Translations under genes and position numbers: made by a program
NCBI GenBank assembly: GCA_964496735.1
Contig: CAZCAZ010000001.1
Span: forward strand, 1-30,712
Direction: 5' to 3'
Length of the DNA: 30,712 nucleotides
Source of the DNA: an uncultured Nitratifractor sp.
GTDB taxonomy: Bacteria; Campylobacterota; Campylobacteria; Campylobacterales; Sulfurovaceae
Notes under the pieces: model-generated
The model's input: only the letters and a program-made list of their open reading frames with translations
Database searches by the model: none
What the model was told of the DNA's origin: nothing
Shown here: positions 1 to 7,862 of the stretch, piece by piece
Layout of the letters: every line of letters starts with the position of its first letter
Position numbering within the stretch: the stretch's first letter is position 1

Positions 1-2
1 AT

Positions 3-1385
3 GGAAAAGAAGGCACCACTGCTGACACCGACGGTGATGGCATCATCGATGCCCTCGAATCGGCCAAGAACGACGAAGACAAAGACGGAGTTGTCGATGA
101 GCTGGACAAGGAAAACACCAATCCCGACAATGACAGCGACGGGGACGGATTCGGCAATGGTCTCGAAAGTGCAGAGGGCACCAACCCCCTCGATGCCAAA
201 AGTACACCACCAGATCGAGATCATGACGGGATTCCAGATAGCATTGATGCAGACAAAGAGCCTGTAACCTTCACTATCATCAAAAAGGAAGACCACACCT
301 CTCTTGCTGGTACTTTTGCAGACTTGGCACAGATCCAAAGCCTACAAGATGTCTTGGATAATGGAAAATCTACCTTCAAGAATGGGGTCATCATGCAAGA
401 CAAATACCTCGAAGACAAAGGGGTGATCCATCTCGTGCATTCATTGATCCCTGACTTTATATCGCGGTATAAAAATGGTGAGATATCGTACAAAGATCGC
501 ACATTGACCATTCAAGGTGAGGTAGCCAGCCAAGCAGACAAATCTGCCATGGAGAAGTTGCTGATTGAGCAAGCAGGCTTAATACATTTTGTCAACAACA
601 CACGTGTGGTCGAGCCACCCAAGCCTGAGCCAAAAATGCCTATCTCCTTTGATATCAAAAAGGAAGGATCACAACTTGGCCTCGAAGGGGCATTTACCAA
701 TACAGATCAAATATCCAAACTCCAGAACACGCTTAATGAGAATGGCGCACAGTATCAAAACGGCACCCTGAAACAAGATCAAAATCTCGAAGGTGGTCGG
801 ATCATTGCACTCACACAGAAGCTCATACCTCATTTTGTTGCCAAGTACACCAAGGGCACTATTGCCTACCATGAGCGCAAGCTGGTTGTCCGAGGTACTG
901 TCTCCAGCATGGACGACAAAAATACGATGGAACGCCTACTGGCTGCCAATGCTGCAGGTATTGTCTACCAGAATGATACAGAAGTCATCAAGCCGGTTGT
1001 TACTCCGAACAAAGAGCGGAAAGCATTTATCAGCGAGCTACATGATGTACTGTCTATTGCACAAATTACATTCCGAACTGCCAGTGCTAGGCTCACAAAA
1101 GAAGGGGCGAAGTCCGTAAAAAAAGTAGGAGAAGTCCTTCTTAGGCATCCTGCAATTCGTGTCAGTATTGGTGGGCACACCGATAGCGATGGTGACGATA
1201 AAGCCAACATGAGGCTTTCACAGTCACGAGTCGAGACAGTCAAAAAAGCATTAGAAAAACAAGGGGTTGAATCCACACGTATGCAAGCCATAGGCTACGG
1301 AGAGACTCAACCCATAGCGCCGAATGACACGGCCAAAAACAAGGCGAAAAATCGTCGAGTTGAATTCAAAATCATAGGAGAATAA
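3..1385 (+). CDS. 5'-truncated OmpA-like C-terminal domain protein with thrombospondin type-3-like Ca-binding repeats and two BON-like repeats
   Basis: Frame 3 is open from base 3 (GKEGTTADTDGDGIIDALE...) and runs in frame into track ORF 324..1385, so the TTG at 324 is not the start. The C-terminus has OmpA_C motifs (ITFRTASARL, IGGHTDSDG, NMRLSQSRVETV, GYGETQPIAPN, NRRVEF). Confidence 0.9.
   Translation, partial: GKEGTTADTDGDGIIDALESAKNDEDKDGVVDELDKENTNPDNDSDGDGFGNGLESAEGTNPLDAKSTPPDRDHDGIPDSIDADKEPVTFTIIKKEDHTSLAGTFADLAQIQSLQDVLDNGKSTFKNGVIMQDKYLEDKGVIHLVHSLIPDFISRYKNGEISYKDRTLTIQGEVASQADKSAMEKLLIEQAGLIHFVNNTRVVEPPKPEPKMPISFDIKKEGSQLGLEGAFTNTDQISKLQNTLNENGAQYQNGTLKQDQNLEGGRIIALTQKLIPHFVAKYTKGTIAYHERKLVVRGTVSSMDDKNTMERLLAANAAGIVYQNDTEVIKPVVTPNKERKAFISELHDVLSIAQITFRTASARLTKEGAKSVKKVGEVLLRHPAIRVSIGGHTDSDGDDKANMRLSQSRVETVKKALEKQGVESTRMQAIGYGETQPIAPNDTAKNKAKNRRVEFKIIGE
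24..254 (+). repeat. Four DxDxDG acidic Ca-binding (TSP3-like) motifs
   Basis: Frame-3 translation gives DTDGDG, DEDKDG, DSDGDG and DRDHDG, plus a GTNPLD motif. Confidence 0.8.
261..995 (+). repeat. Two tandem 119-aa protein repeats (261-617 and 639-995), BON-like
   Basis: PVTFTIIKK..LAGTF..QIQSLQDVL..LIPDFISRYKNGEISY..LTIQGEV..DKSAMEKLL..NNTRVVEP aligns without gaps to PISFDIKK..LEGAF..QISKLQNTL..LIPHFVAKYTKGTIAY..LVVRGTV..DKNTMERLL..NDTEVIKP. The BON assignment is inferred. Confidence 0.8.
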
Positions 1386-1387
1386 CC

Positions 1388-1978
1388 ATGTTAGCCATTG
1401 CATCCCAAATCATACTTTGCCTTGTACTTGCCGCATTGATCGGTCTGATCATCGGCTACTTACTTGGCAAAGCCAACTGCCCAAAAAACACATACAAGGC
1501 CGCCAGCATTTCCAACAGCCATACCCATGACGATGGTGACTGCGGAGACAACAGCAGCAAAACAGAAGAGAAAACTAGTCAAAAAGACGAGGCGCACGCT
1601 CAGCCTCAAGGACTGATGAGCACTGACAGTCAAGGCTCGAATGACGAAAAGAAAGTAGATGACGCCCCCTCAGATGCTGACAAGCCTACCGGCCTTCTCG
1701 ATGCACCTCGAGACGGGAAAAAAGACAATTTGACTCGCATCAAAGGGGTAGGGAAAAAAATCGATGAAACGCTCAACAGCATCGGTATCTACCATTTCGA
1801 CCAGATTGCAGCTTGGACCGAAAAAGAAGCAACATGGATTGACAACTACCTCTCCTTCCCTGGACGATCTTTACGTGACGACTGGGTTGGGCAAGCCAAA
1901 CTCCTCGCCGAAGGAAAAGAAACAGAGTTTTCCAAACGTGTTGATGCTGGCGAAGTTGCCACAAGCAAAAAATCCTAA
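1388..1978 (+). CDS. Single-pass membrane protein with C-terminal COG3743 helix-hairpin-helix (NuoE C-terminal-like) domain
   Basis: N-terminal hydrophobic helix (IILCLVLAALIGLIIGYLLG) and an acidic linker, then DNLTRIKGVGKKIDETLNSIGIYHFDQIAAWT...DDWVGQAKLLAEG. SD AGGAG lies in the ompA 3' end, and the start is 2 nt after the ompA stop. Confidence 0.8.
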   Translation: MLAIASQIILCLVLAALIGLIIGYLLGKANCPKNTYKAASISNSHTHDDGDCGDNSSKTEEKTSQKDEAHAQPQGLMSTDSQGSNDEKKVDDAPSDADKPTGLLDAPRDGKKDNLTRIKGVGKKIDETLNSIGIYHFDQIAAWTEKEATWIDNYLSFPGRSLRDDWVGQAKLLAEGKETEFSKRVDAGEVATSKKS

Positions 1979-1989
1979 ATTATTCCTCC

Positions 1990-2018
1990 ACATGAAAGCC
2001 AATTTTTGGCTTTCATGT
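1990..2018. terminator. Perfect 12-bp hairpin between convergent genes (probable terminator)
   Basis: ACATGAAAGCCA (1990-2001) pairs with TGGCTTTCATGT (2007-2018), 11 nt after the stop at 1978. Confidence 0.7.
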
Positions 2019-2178
2019 TCTCTCGTTACTGCAATCAACATCCAGAATCTTACAGATACTTCACGAACAATATTAAAATAGTGGAATGATATTGAAAAGT
2101 TTAGCCCACAAGAAGCCAACAAAGCTCCTCAATGGACCCATGCACCACCAAGTGTAGTGGATGCACAAAGGATATAAC

Positions 2179-3009
2179 TTAAGCGAAGATTTCCTGCGCG
2201 CCCAGTTGGCGATGAATTGCATTGGCCTCATCAGGAGTGATGCGAAGTGCTTGCGCCAATTGCCCCAGATACTCTGCTTCGCTCTGAGCATCAAGGTCGA
2301 TAGCCGAGAGTGAAAGTGCATAGATCTGATGCTCCATACCACGGGGGACATCATTGGCAAACGCCTCGACATCAAGCGGACGTGCAAACTCATCTTGGAT
2401 AAATCTGATTTCATCTTGAGTAACATTTCCCAGTTTGGTCACGATAGCCTCTTGCTCTGCTTTATCAAATTTCCCATCAGATTTTGCAGCATTGATCATA
2501 GCACGGATCAATAAAGTTGCTTGCTCATGGGCTTGTGCTGGTTCAATATCCTTTGGCAGCATACTGTAGTCATCCGGCATGGGGGTAGGGGCATCAGGAT
2601 TGACCGTTTGGACATGCTTGGTCAATGCGCCACCAAGCAGCCCTCCTAGACCACCCTTTAGAAGACTATCAAGTCCACCCGCGTGAGAAGTGTTGCTGTT
2701 GGCTCCTCCTCCGAGTAGTCCTCCGAGCAAATCACCTAGACCACCACCTGAAGCACTCGTCGTGCTGCTACTGGATCCGCCAAGCATGCTGCCCAATATG
2801 TTACCTAGACCTCCGCCGCTACTCTGTCGGCTTGTGCCGCCCAGCATGCCACCGAGCAAATCGCCCAATCCTCCACCACCATGTGTTTGTTGTGACGATG
2901 AACTGCTCATTGCTGCACCAATGAGGCTCCCGAGAATATTTCCGCCACCAGACCCTCTAGTCAGGGCACCACTACTAAGTAGGCTACCGAGAATTTTTAT
3001 TGCATCCAT
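2179..3009 (-). CDS. DUF533 (YebE/TerB-like) protein with Gly-rich N-terminal repeats
   Basis: C-terminal motifs LLIRAMINAAKSDGKFD..EQEAI, PLDVEAFA, QIYALSLSAIDLD...EAEYLGQLAQAL. SD AAGGAG precedes the ATG. Confidence 0.85.
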   Translation of the reverse strand: MDAIKILGSLLSSGALTRGSGGGNILGSLIGAAMSSSSSQQTHGGGGLGDLLGGMLGGTSRQSSGGGLGNILGSMLGGSSSSTTSASGGGLGDLLGGLLGGGANSNTSHAGGLDSLLKGGLGGLLGGALTKHVQTVNPDAPTPMPDDYSMLPKDIEPAQAHEQATLLIRAMINAAKSDGKFDKAEQEAIVTKLGNVTQDEIRFIQDEFARPLDVEAFANDVPRGMEHQIYALSLSAIDLDAQSEAEYLGQLAQALRITPDEANAIHRQLGAQEIFA

Positions 3010-3089
3010 GTTTGTCTCCTTTTTTTTAATTATGACAAATTATACACAAGATAAATAAAATTTAGCGTGAAAAATAGGGGAGGGGGACA

Positions 3090-3120
3090 CCTTGGAGCGG
3101 ACAGCTTATCTGCCCCAAGG
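3090..3120 (-). terminator. Bulged hairpin downstream of sdhE (possible sdh operon terminator)
   Basis: CCTTGG...CCAAGG outer stem with an inner GCAG/CTGT stem, about 20 nt after the sdhE stop, followed by a pyrimidine-rich tail on the minus strand. Confidence 0.4.
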
Positions 3121-3140
3121 AAAACGGGAAGATCGTTCGC

Positions 3141-4112
3141 TTACATTTCGTACATGAGGTGTGTTGCCTTGGTGACATTATGACTTAGGCCAATCTCTTC
3201 AGGCGCGCAACCAAGAGCCAAAGCAACCATCTGCGGCATATGGAGCACTGGAAGCTCAATATCACGGCCAAGCTGTTTGCCTGCACTGTCCTGCTTGAGA
3301 TCCATGTTTAGCTGACAGAGCGGGCAGGGGGTAACCATCATATCCGCATTGTTGTCGATCGCATCAAGGAGCGCTGTGCCACTCAGAGCATTGCTGGTCT
3401 CAGGTGCCTGAAGGTCAACATGGAAGCCGCAGCATTTATTTTTGCTCTCATAGTCAACAGTGTTTCCTTCCAAAGCCAGGATCAAATTATCAAGAGAGGT
3501 GGGGGCATAGGGGTTTTCCTGGTGATTGTATTTTCCGAGGAATTCTTCGGATTCATACGAGACTTCTCCTCCTCCCTCGCTTGCTTCCGAGTCAGGTTGC
3601 TTCATGTTGTGTTTATGATGCAGGTGACTTGGACGGATATTGTGACAACCATAAAATGGAGCGATGTTGTGACTCTTGAGTGGTTGCTCTACTTTGGCAC
3701 TGAGATTATCCAGTCCGTAATCATCAATCAGGGCATAGAGGAAATGACGCACCTGGGATGTCCCCTTGTATTCCAAGCCAAATTCGGCCAATGACTCATT
3801 GACTTTTGCTCTCATCTCTGGATCATGATCGAGGCGTTCTTTGGTGGTGACGAGATTGAGTTGACATGTATTACAGATCGTCACAATATCGAGTCCACGC
3901 TTCTCGGCGTAGCAGATATTCCGGGCATTGAGTGTCAGAGACAGCACTTCGTCAAAATCCTGCAAATGGCTCGCTCCACAGCAGCTTGCCTCAACCAGAT
4001 CAACCAGCTCAATATCGAGTTTCCTGGCCACAGCCAGTGTTGAGGAGAGAAGCTCTGGGGTCGATTCTTTTGCCGTACATCCGGTGTAGAGGGCGTATTT
4101 TAGTTTACTCAT
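3141..4112 (-). CDS. sdhE: Type-E succinate:quinone oxidoreductase membrane anchor (HdrB-like, two CCG domains)
   Basis: CCG motifs YTGC/SCCGA/ICNTC and YGCH/KCCGF/PCPLC. Start moved from 4184 to the ATG at 4112 (MSKLKYALYTGC), which follows SD AAGGAG. Confidence 0.9.
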   Translation of the reverse strand: MSKLKYALYTGCTAKESTPELLSSTLAVARKLDIELVDLVEASCCGASHLQDFDEVLSLTLNARNICYAEKRGLDIVTICNTCQLNLVTTKERLDHDPEMRAKVNESLAEFGLEYKGTSQVRHFLYALIDDYGLDNLSAKVEQPLKSHNIAPFYGCHNIRPSHLHHKHNMKQPDSEASEGGGEVSYESEEFLGKYNHQENPYAPTSLDNLILALEGNTVDYESKNKCCGFHVDLQAPETSNALSGTALLDAIDNNADMMVTPCPLCQLNMDLKQDSAGKQLGRDIELPVLHMPQMVALALGCAPEEIGLSHNVTKATHLMYEM

Positions 4113-4122
4113 CGGTCTCTCC

Positions 4123-5115
4123 TTAGTCGAGTTTGCTTGTTTGGACTTTTTTGATGATTTTTTGAATTTCATCAAGGTTTTCACTGCGTGGCATTTTCTT
4201 CTTCATGATGTCAAACGGATGGACTTTGCCGGCTTTGACCATCTTGAGGGCTTCACTCAAGTGCTTGACGACACCCAGGCCCTCGGAATAGAGCACAATA
4301 TCCTGCTCGTCAAGATAACCAAACTTGTTGATCGATCGTGTAAAACCCTCAGCATGCTTGGTCGCAACATTGCGCTGAGCTACCCCCTGCTGAAACTGCA
4401 TGGTATGGAGTTTCGTGATCTTCTCGAAGGGATTGACTTCTTTGGGGCAAGCCTCAACGCATTCATTGCACTTGACACAGTCCCAGACACCTTGTCCGAG
4501 TTCTGCAGTCGCCTCGAGACGATCTTTGGCTGCATCGTCACGGGGATCGACAGAAAATCGATACGCAGCAGCAAAAGCAGCTGGCCCGAAGAACTTGTCA
4601 TTGACCTCCAGCACGGGACATGCGTAATGGCATCCGCCACACTGAATACAATAATCCGCATCCAAGAATTGCTCTACCTTGGTCTGCGGCATGATGGTCT
4701 CGGAGGCTGGATGAGGATCAATGTCTGCTTCCACGTAGGGCTTGACGGCGGCATGCTTTTCCCAAAAGTCCCCTTTGTCGATGATCATGTCTTTGACAGC
4801 ACGCTTTTCACTCTGAGGCTCAAAGACCAGATCCTCACCGAAGAGATCGACCAGCTCAAGTGCATTTTGCTTGCACGAAAGCACCGGCTTGCCGTTGACT
4901 TTGATTCCGCACGCACCGCAGATTCCATGACGGCAGCTGCGACGATAGCTGAACGATCCATCGTGCTCCCACTTGATCCGATTAAGCAGGTCAAGGATCA
5001 GCTCATCTTTGCCCACTTCCATCTCGTACGTTTTGTAGTACGGAAGGTAATCGGTCTCGACATTGAAGCGGAACGCCTTTATGCTGACATTTTTGGTCGT
5101 TTTACTTATACTCAT
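4123..5115 (-). CDS. sdhB: Succinate dehydrogenase/fumarate reductase Fe-S subunit, type E
   Basis: SCRHGICGAC..C (2Fe-2S), CIQCGGCHYACP, CVKCNECVEACP, and the long C-terminal extension typical of SdhABE/MfrB. Confidence 0.95.
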   Translation of the reverse strand: MSISKTTKNVSIKAFRFNVETDYLPYYKTYEMEVGKDELILDLLNRIKWEHDGSFSYRRSCRHGICGACGIKVNGKPVLSCKQNALELVDLFGEDLVFEPQSEKRAVKDMIIDKGDFWEKHAAVKPYVEADIDPHPASETIMPQTKVEQFLDADYCIQCGGCHYACPVLEVNDKFFGPAAFAAAYRFSVDPRDDAAKDRLEATAELGQGVWDCVKCNECVEACPKEVNPFEKITKLHTMQFQQGVAQRNVATKHAEGFTRSINKFGYLDEQDIVLYSEGLGVVKHLSEALKMVKAGKVHPFDIMKKKMPRSENLDEIQKIIKKVQTSKLD

Positions 5116-5126
5116 ATCGCGGCTCC

Positions 5127-6848
5127 TTAATACTTTCGCTCTTGGGGCTCAAATTTGCCCATCACCACATCACCATATGCCAACTCAACCGCATAATCAT
5201 CTTTGAGCGTCGCATACGTGTGCTTGAGGAAATTCACGTCATCTCGTGTCGGATAATCTTCACGGAAGTGTGCACCGCGACTCTCTTGACGCGCCAAAGC
5301 ACCCTCGACAATAAAGAGACTGAAATCTATCATATGACCCAGCTCAATCGCTTCTTGCAGATCGGTATTGAAGGTATTGGATTTGTCATCGATACGAATA
5401 TGCTGGTAGCGAGCATGCAACGCTTCGAGTTTTTTCTTTTGGCGCAACAGGGATTCTTCGGTGCGGAACACGCCTGCATCCATGGTCATGCTGTTCTGCA
5501 GCTCTTCCCGCAACGCTGGTACCCGCTCGTCACCATTGTTTTCTCGAATCCAGTTGAATTCATTGATCATCGTCTGAGCATCTTCGGCCGTGGCCTTGGC
5601 AAGGGCAATACCGTCAAGATCCTCTAGCATTGATCGGCCCGCTTCACGTCCAAAGAAGAGCGCCTCAAGCAGAGAGTTTGCTCCGAGGCGATTGGCTCCA
5701 TGAACGCTCACGCAGCTGCATTCACCGGCAGCATAAAAGCCCTCGACAAATTCGGTCGGAGACTGACGCACCTGACAGCGTTTATCGACAGGAATACCGC
5801 CCATGGAGTAGTGCGCCGTGGCTGCGATCATGATCGGCTCCTTGAGCATATCCTGCCCAAGGAAAGTGATGGCCAACTCCCGAAGCTCAGGAAGCTTGGT
5901 CATAATGGTCTCTTTGGGAAGATGAGTCAAGTCAATATACACTGCGTCCTTCTGAGGACCGACACCGCGCCCTTCACGGATCTCTTCCATGATAGCGCGA
6001 CTGACGACATCACGGCTGGCCAATTCCATGGCATTGGGGGCGTATTTTTCCATAAAACGCTCCCCTTCGGAGTTGAAGAGGCGTCCTCCCTCTCCGCGAG
6101 CTGCTTCCGAAATCAAAATCCCTGATCCCCCTAGTCCGCTAGGATGAAACTGGACAAACTCCATATCCTCCAGCGGCAAGCCTCTCCGCGCCACGATCGA
6201 AAGGGCATCCCCGGTGTTGGCATGTGCGTTGGAATTGATCTTGTAGGCACGACCATATCCACCGGTGGCAAACATCGTCACCTTGGCGTTGAAGATCACC
6301 GGGCTTGAGTCGCGCAAATTGTAGGCGGCGATTCCTTTGACTTTTCCGTCCTCATAGAGCACATCCGCTGCATAGTACTCGTCAAACACTTCGATACCAG
6401 CACGGTGCGCTTGCTCATACATCGTTTGAAGCAGTGTCAATCCGGTACGATCTGCTGCGTAGCAAGCACGAGGTTTGGATTGGCCACCAAAAGGGCGCGT
6501 GGCAATCCTGCCTTCATCATTGCGCGAAAAAATCGCACCCATATTCTCCGCCCAGCGTACGGTCTCGGGCGCCTTGGAGCACATTAGCTCAATGGCGTCT
6601 TGATCGCCAAGGTAGTCGCTTCCTTTGACCGTATCAAATTCGTGCAGCTCCGTGCTGTCTTCCTCGTTCAAGGCTGCGTTGATCCCACCTTGTGCTGCTC
6701 CCGAATGGCTTCGGAGTGGGTGGAGCTTGGTGATGACGGCGGTTTTTTTGCCCGCAGCCGTCAGTTCGCGCGCTGCGGCCAGACCCGCCAGTCCTGCGCC
6801 GACAATTACGGCATCGTATTCGTAGATTTTTACATCAGAAATCTTCAT
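5127..6848 (-). CDS. sdhA: Succinate dehydrogenase/fumarate reductase flavoprotein subunit
   Basis: [16 protein letters not shown] (FAD His), [42 protein letters not shown]. Confidence 0.97.
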   Translation of the reverse strand: MKISDVKIYEYDAVIVGAGLAGLAAARELTAAGKKTAVITKLHPLRSHSGAAQGGINAALNEEDSTELHEFDTVKGSDYLGDQDAIELMCSKAPETVRWAENMGAIFSRNDEGRIATRPFGGQSKPRACYAADRTGLTLLQTMYEQAHRAGIEVFDEYYAADVLYEDGKVKGIAAYNLRDSSPVIFNAKVTMFATGGYGRAYKINSNAHANTGDALSIVARRGLPLEDMEFVQFHPSGLGGSGILISEAARGEGGRLFNSEGERFMEKYAPNAMELASRDVVSRAIMEEIREGRGVGPQKDAVYIDLTHLPKETIMTKLPELRELAITFLGQDMLKEPIMIAATAHYSMGGIPVDKRCQVRQSPTEFVEGFYAAGECSCVSVHGANRLGANSLLEALFFGREAGRSMLEDLDGIALAKATAEDAQTMINEFNWIRENNGDERVPALREELQNSMTMDAGVFRTEESLLRQKKKLEALHARYQHIRIDDKSNTFNTDLQEAIELGHMIDFSLFIVEGALARQESRGAHFREDYPTRDDVNFLKHTYATLKDDYAVELAYGDVVMGKFEPQERKY

Positions 6849-6879
6849 GCTTGCTGTCCCTTTTCAGTAATATGCAAGG

Positions 6880-6888
6880 ATTATAGCA
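6880..6888 (-). promoter_or_regulatory. Extended -10 sigma70 promoter (TGCTATAAT) for sdhABE
   Basis: Exact TGnTATAAT about 32 nt upstream of the sdhA ATG. Confidence 0.7.
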
Positions 6889-6969
6889 ATGGGTCAATAT
6901 AATCTGCATTAATAACTCAACTGTCATGAATGAAGTAGTCAGAGGTGTTACGCTTTTACTCTTTTTGGA

Positions 6970-6975
6970 TATAAT
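6970..6975 (+). promoter_or_regulatory. -10 box TATAAT of thiL (probably leaderless)
   Basis: TATAAT ends 7 nt before the ATG at 6983, and no SD is present. Confidence 0.6.
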
Positions 6976-6982
6976 CCTTGTT

Positions 6983-7804
6983 ATGGACAAAGAACAATTT
7001 CTCATCAGCCAACTGACTTCACGCCATATTGGTGACGATGGTGCGGTAGTTAATGGAACCATTTACAGCATGGATGCCTTTTGCGAGGATGTCCATTTTC
7101 GTCGTCGCTGGATGACCCCAGAGCAGATTGGGCGCAAGGCAATGCTGGCCAATATCTCGGATGCCGTGGCCATGAACGCTCACCCACAGTACGCGCTAAT
7201 AAGCGTAGCCATTCCTCGGGATTTTTCTGCCAGAGAAATCACCGAACTGATGCGGTCTCTGGAGGCCACTGCAGCAGAATGGGGCTGTGAGATTATCGGA
7301 GGAGATACGGTCGCGGGAGACAAGCTGCATCTCTCGATCACTTTGATCTCTCACAGTGATGCACCGCTGATGCGCTCGGGGCTCAAAGTGGGAGATCTTC
7401 TGGCCTATACGGGCGTTCTCGGCAGCACCAAACAGGATCTTGAATCTCTCGAATTGGGGCAAGAAATTCTTGAGGACTCTCGCTTCTATCGCCCCACATT
7501 ACGCGCCGACTTTATCCATCTGGCTCGCCCATGGCTTCGGGCTGGAATGGATATTTCCGATGGACTCTATTGTGACACCAATACGCTCCTTGATCTCAAT
7601 AAATATGGAATCAATATATCAAAAAATATCCCCGAAGATCTTGGAACAAGCGGGGAAGAGTATGAAATGTTATTTGCACTAGATCCGGCCGATAAAAACA
7701 CAATAAAAATGATTGCAGACCAAACAGCAACACCTATTACAATATTTGGAGAGGTTGTCCAAAATACCGTACGTTTTCCTTGTGCAAGTCATCATTTCGG
7801 TTAA
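6983..7804 (+). CDS. thiL: Thiamine-monophosphate kinase
   Basis: IGDDGA, EDVHF, NISDAVAM, GGDT, MDISDGL, GEEYEMLF. Start set at MDKEQFLI (6983) rather than 6926. Confidence 0.93.
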   Translation: MDKEQFLISQLTSRHIGDDGAVVNGTIYSMDAFCEDVHFRRRWMTPEQIGRKAMLANISDAVAMNAHPQYALISVAIPRDFSAREITELMRSLEATAAEWGCEIIGGDTVAGDKLHLSITLISHSDAPLMRSGLKVGDLLAYTGVLGSTKQDLESLELGQEILEDSRFYRPTLRADFIHLARPWLRAGMDISDGLYCDTNTLLDLNKYGINISKNIPEDLGTSGEEYEMLFALDPADKNTIKMIADQTATPITIFGEVVQNTVRFPCASHHFG

Positions 7805-7862
7805 CAGCGTGGTTAATGGAGCTTGGCTATAATTTCTGCAATTTTCCACCAGGATTGTGCGC

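Noticed and set aside
1-267. Track ORF 88 aa (frame 1)
   Set aside because: Frame shadow. Frame 3 gives recognisable Ca-binding repeats continuous with the OmpA ORF.
2130-2166. Bulged hairpin TGCACCAC/GTGGATGCA downstream of DUF533
   Set aside because: Weak, with no U-tract; the stronger hairpin at 1990-2018 already explains termination.
4141-5130. 329-aa plus-strand ORF
   Set aside because: Exact antisense mirror of sdhB, with no motifs or SD.
6849-6982. TPP riboswitch upstream of thiL
   Set aside because: No GCTGAGA/CCTGA core motifs, and thiL appears leaderless.
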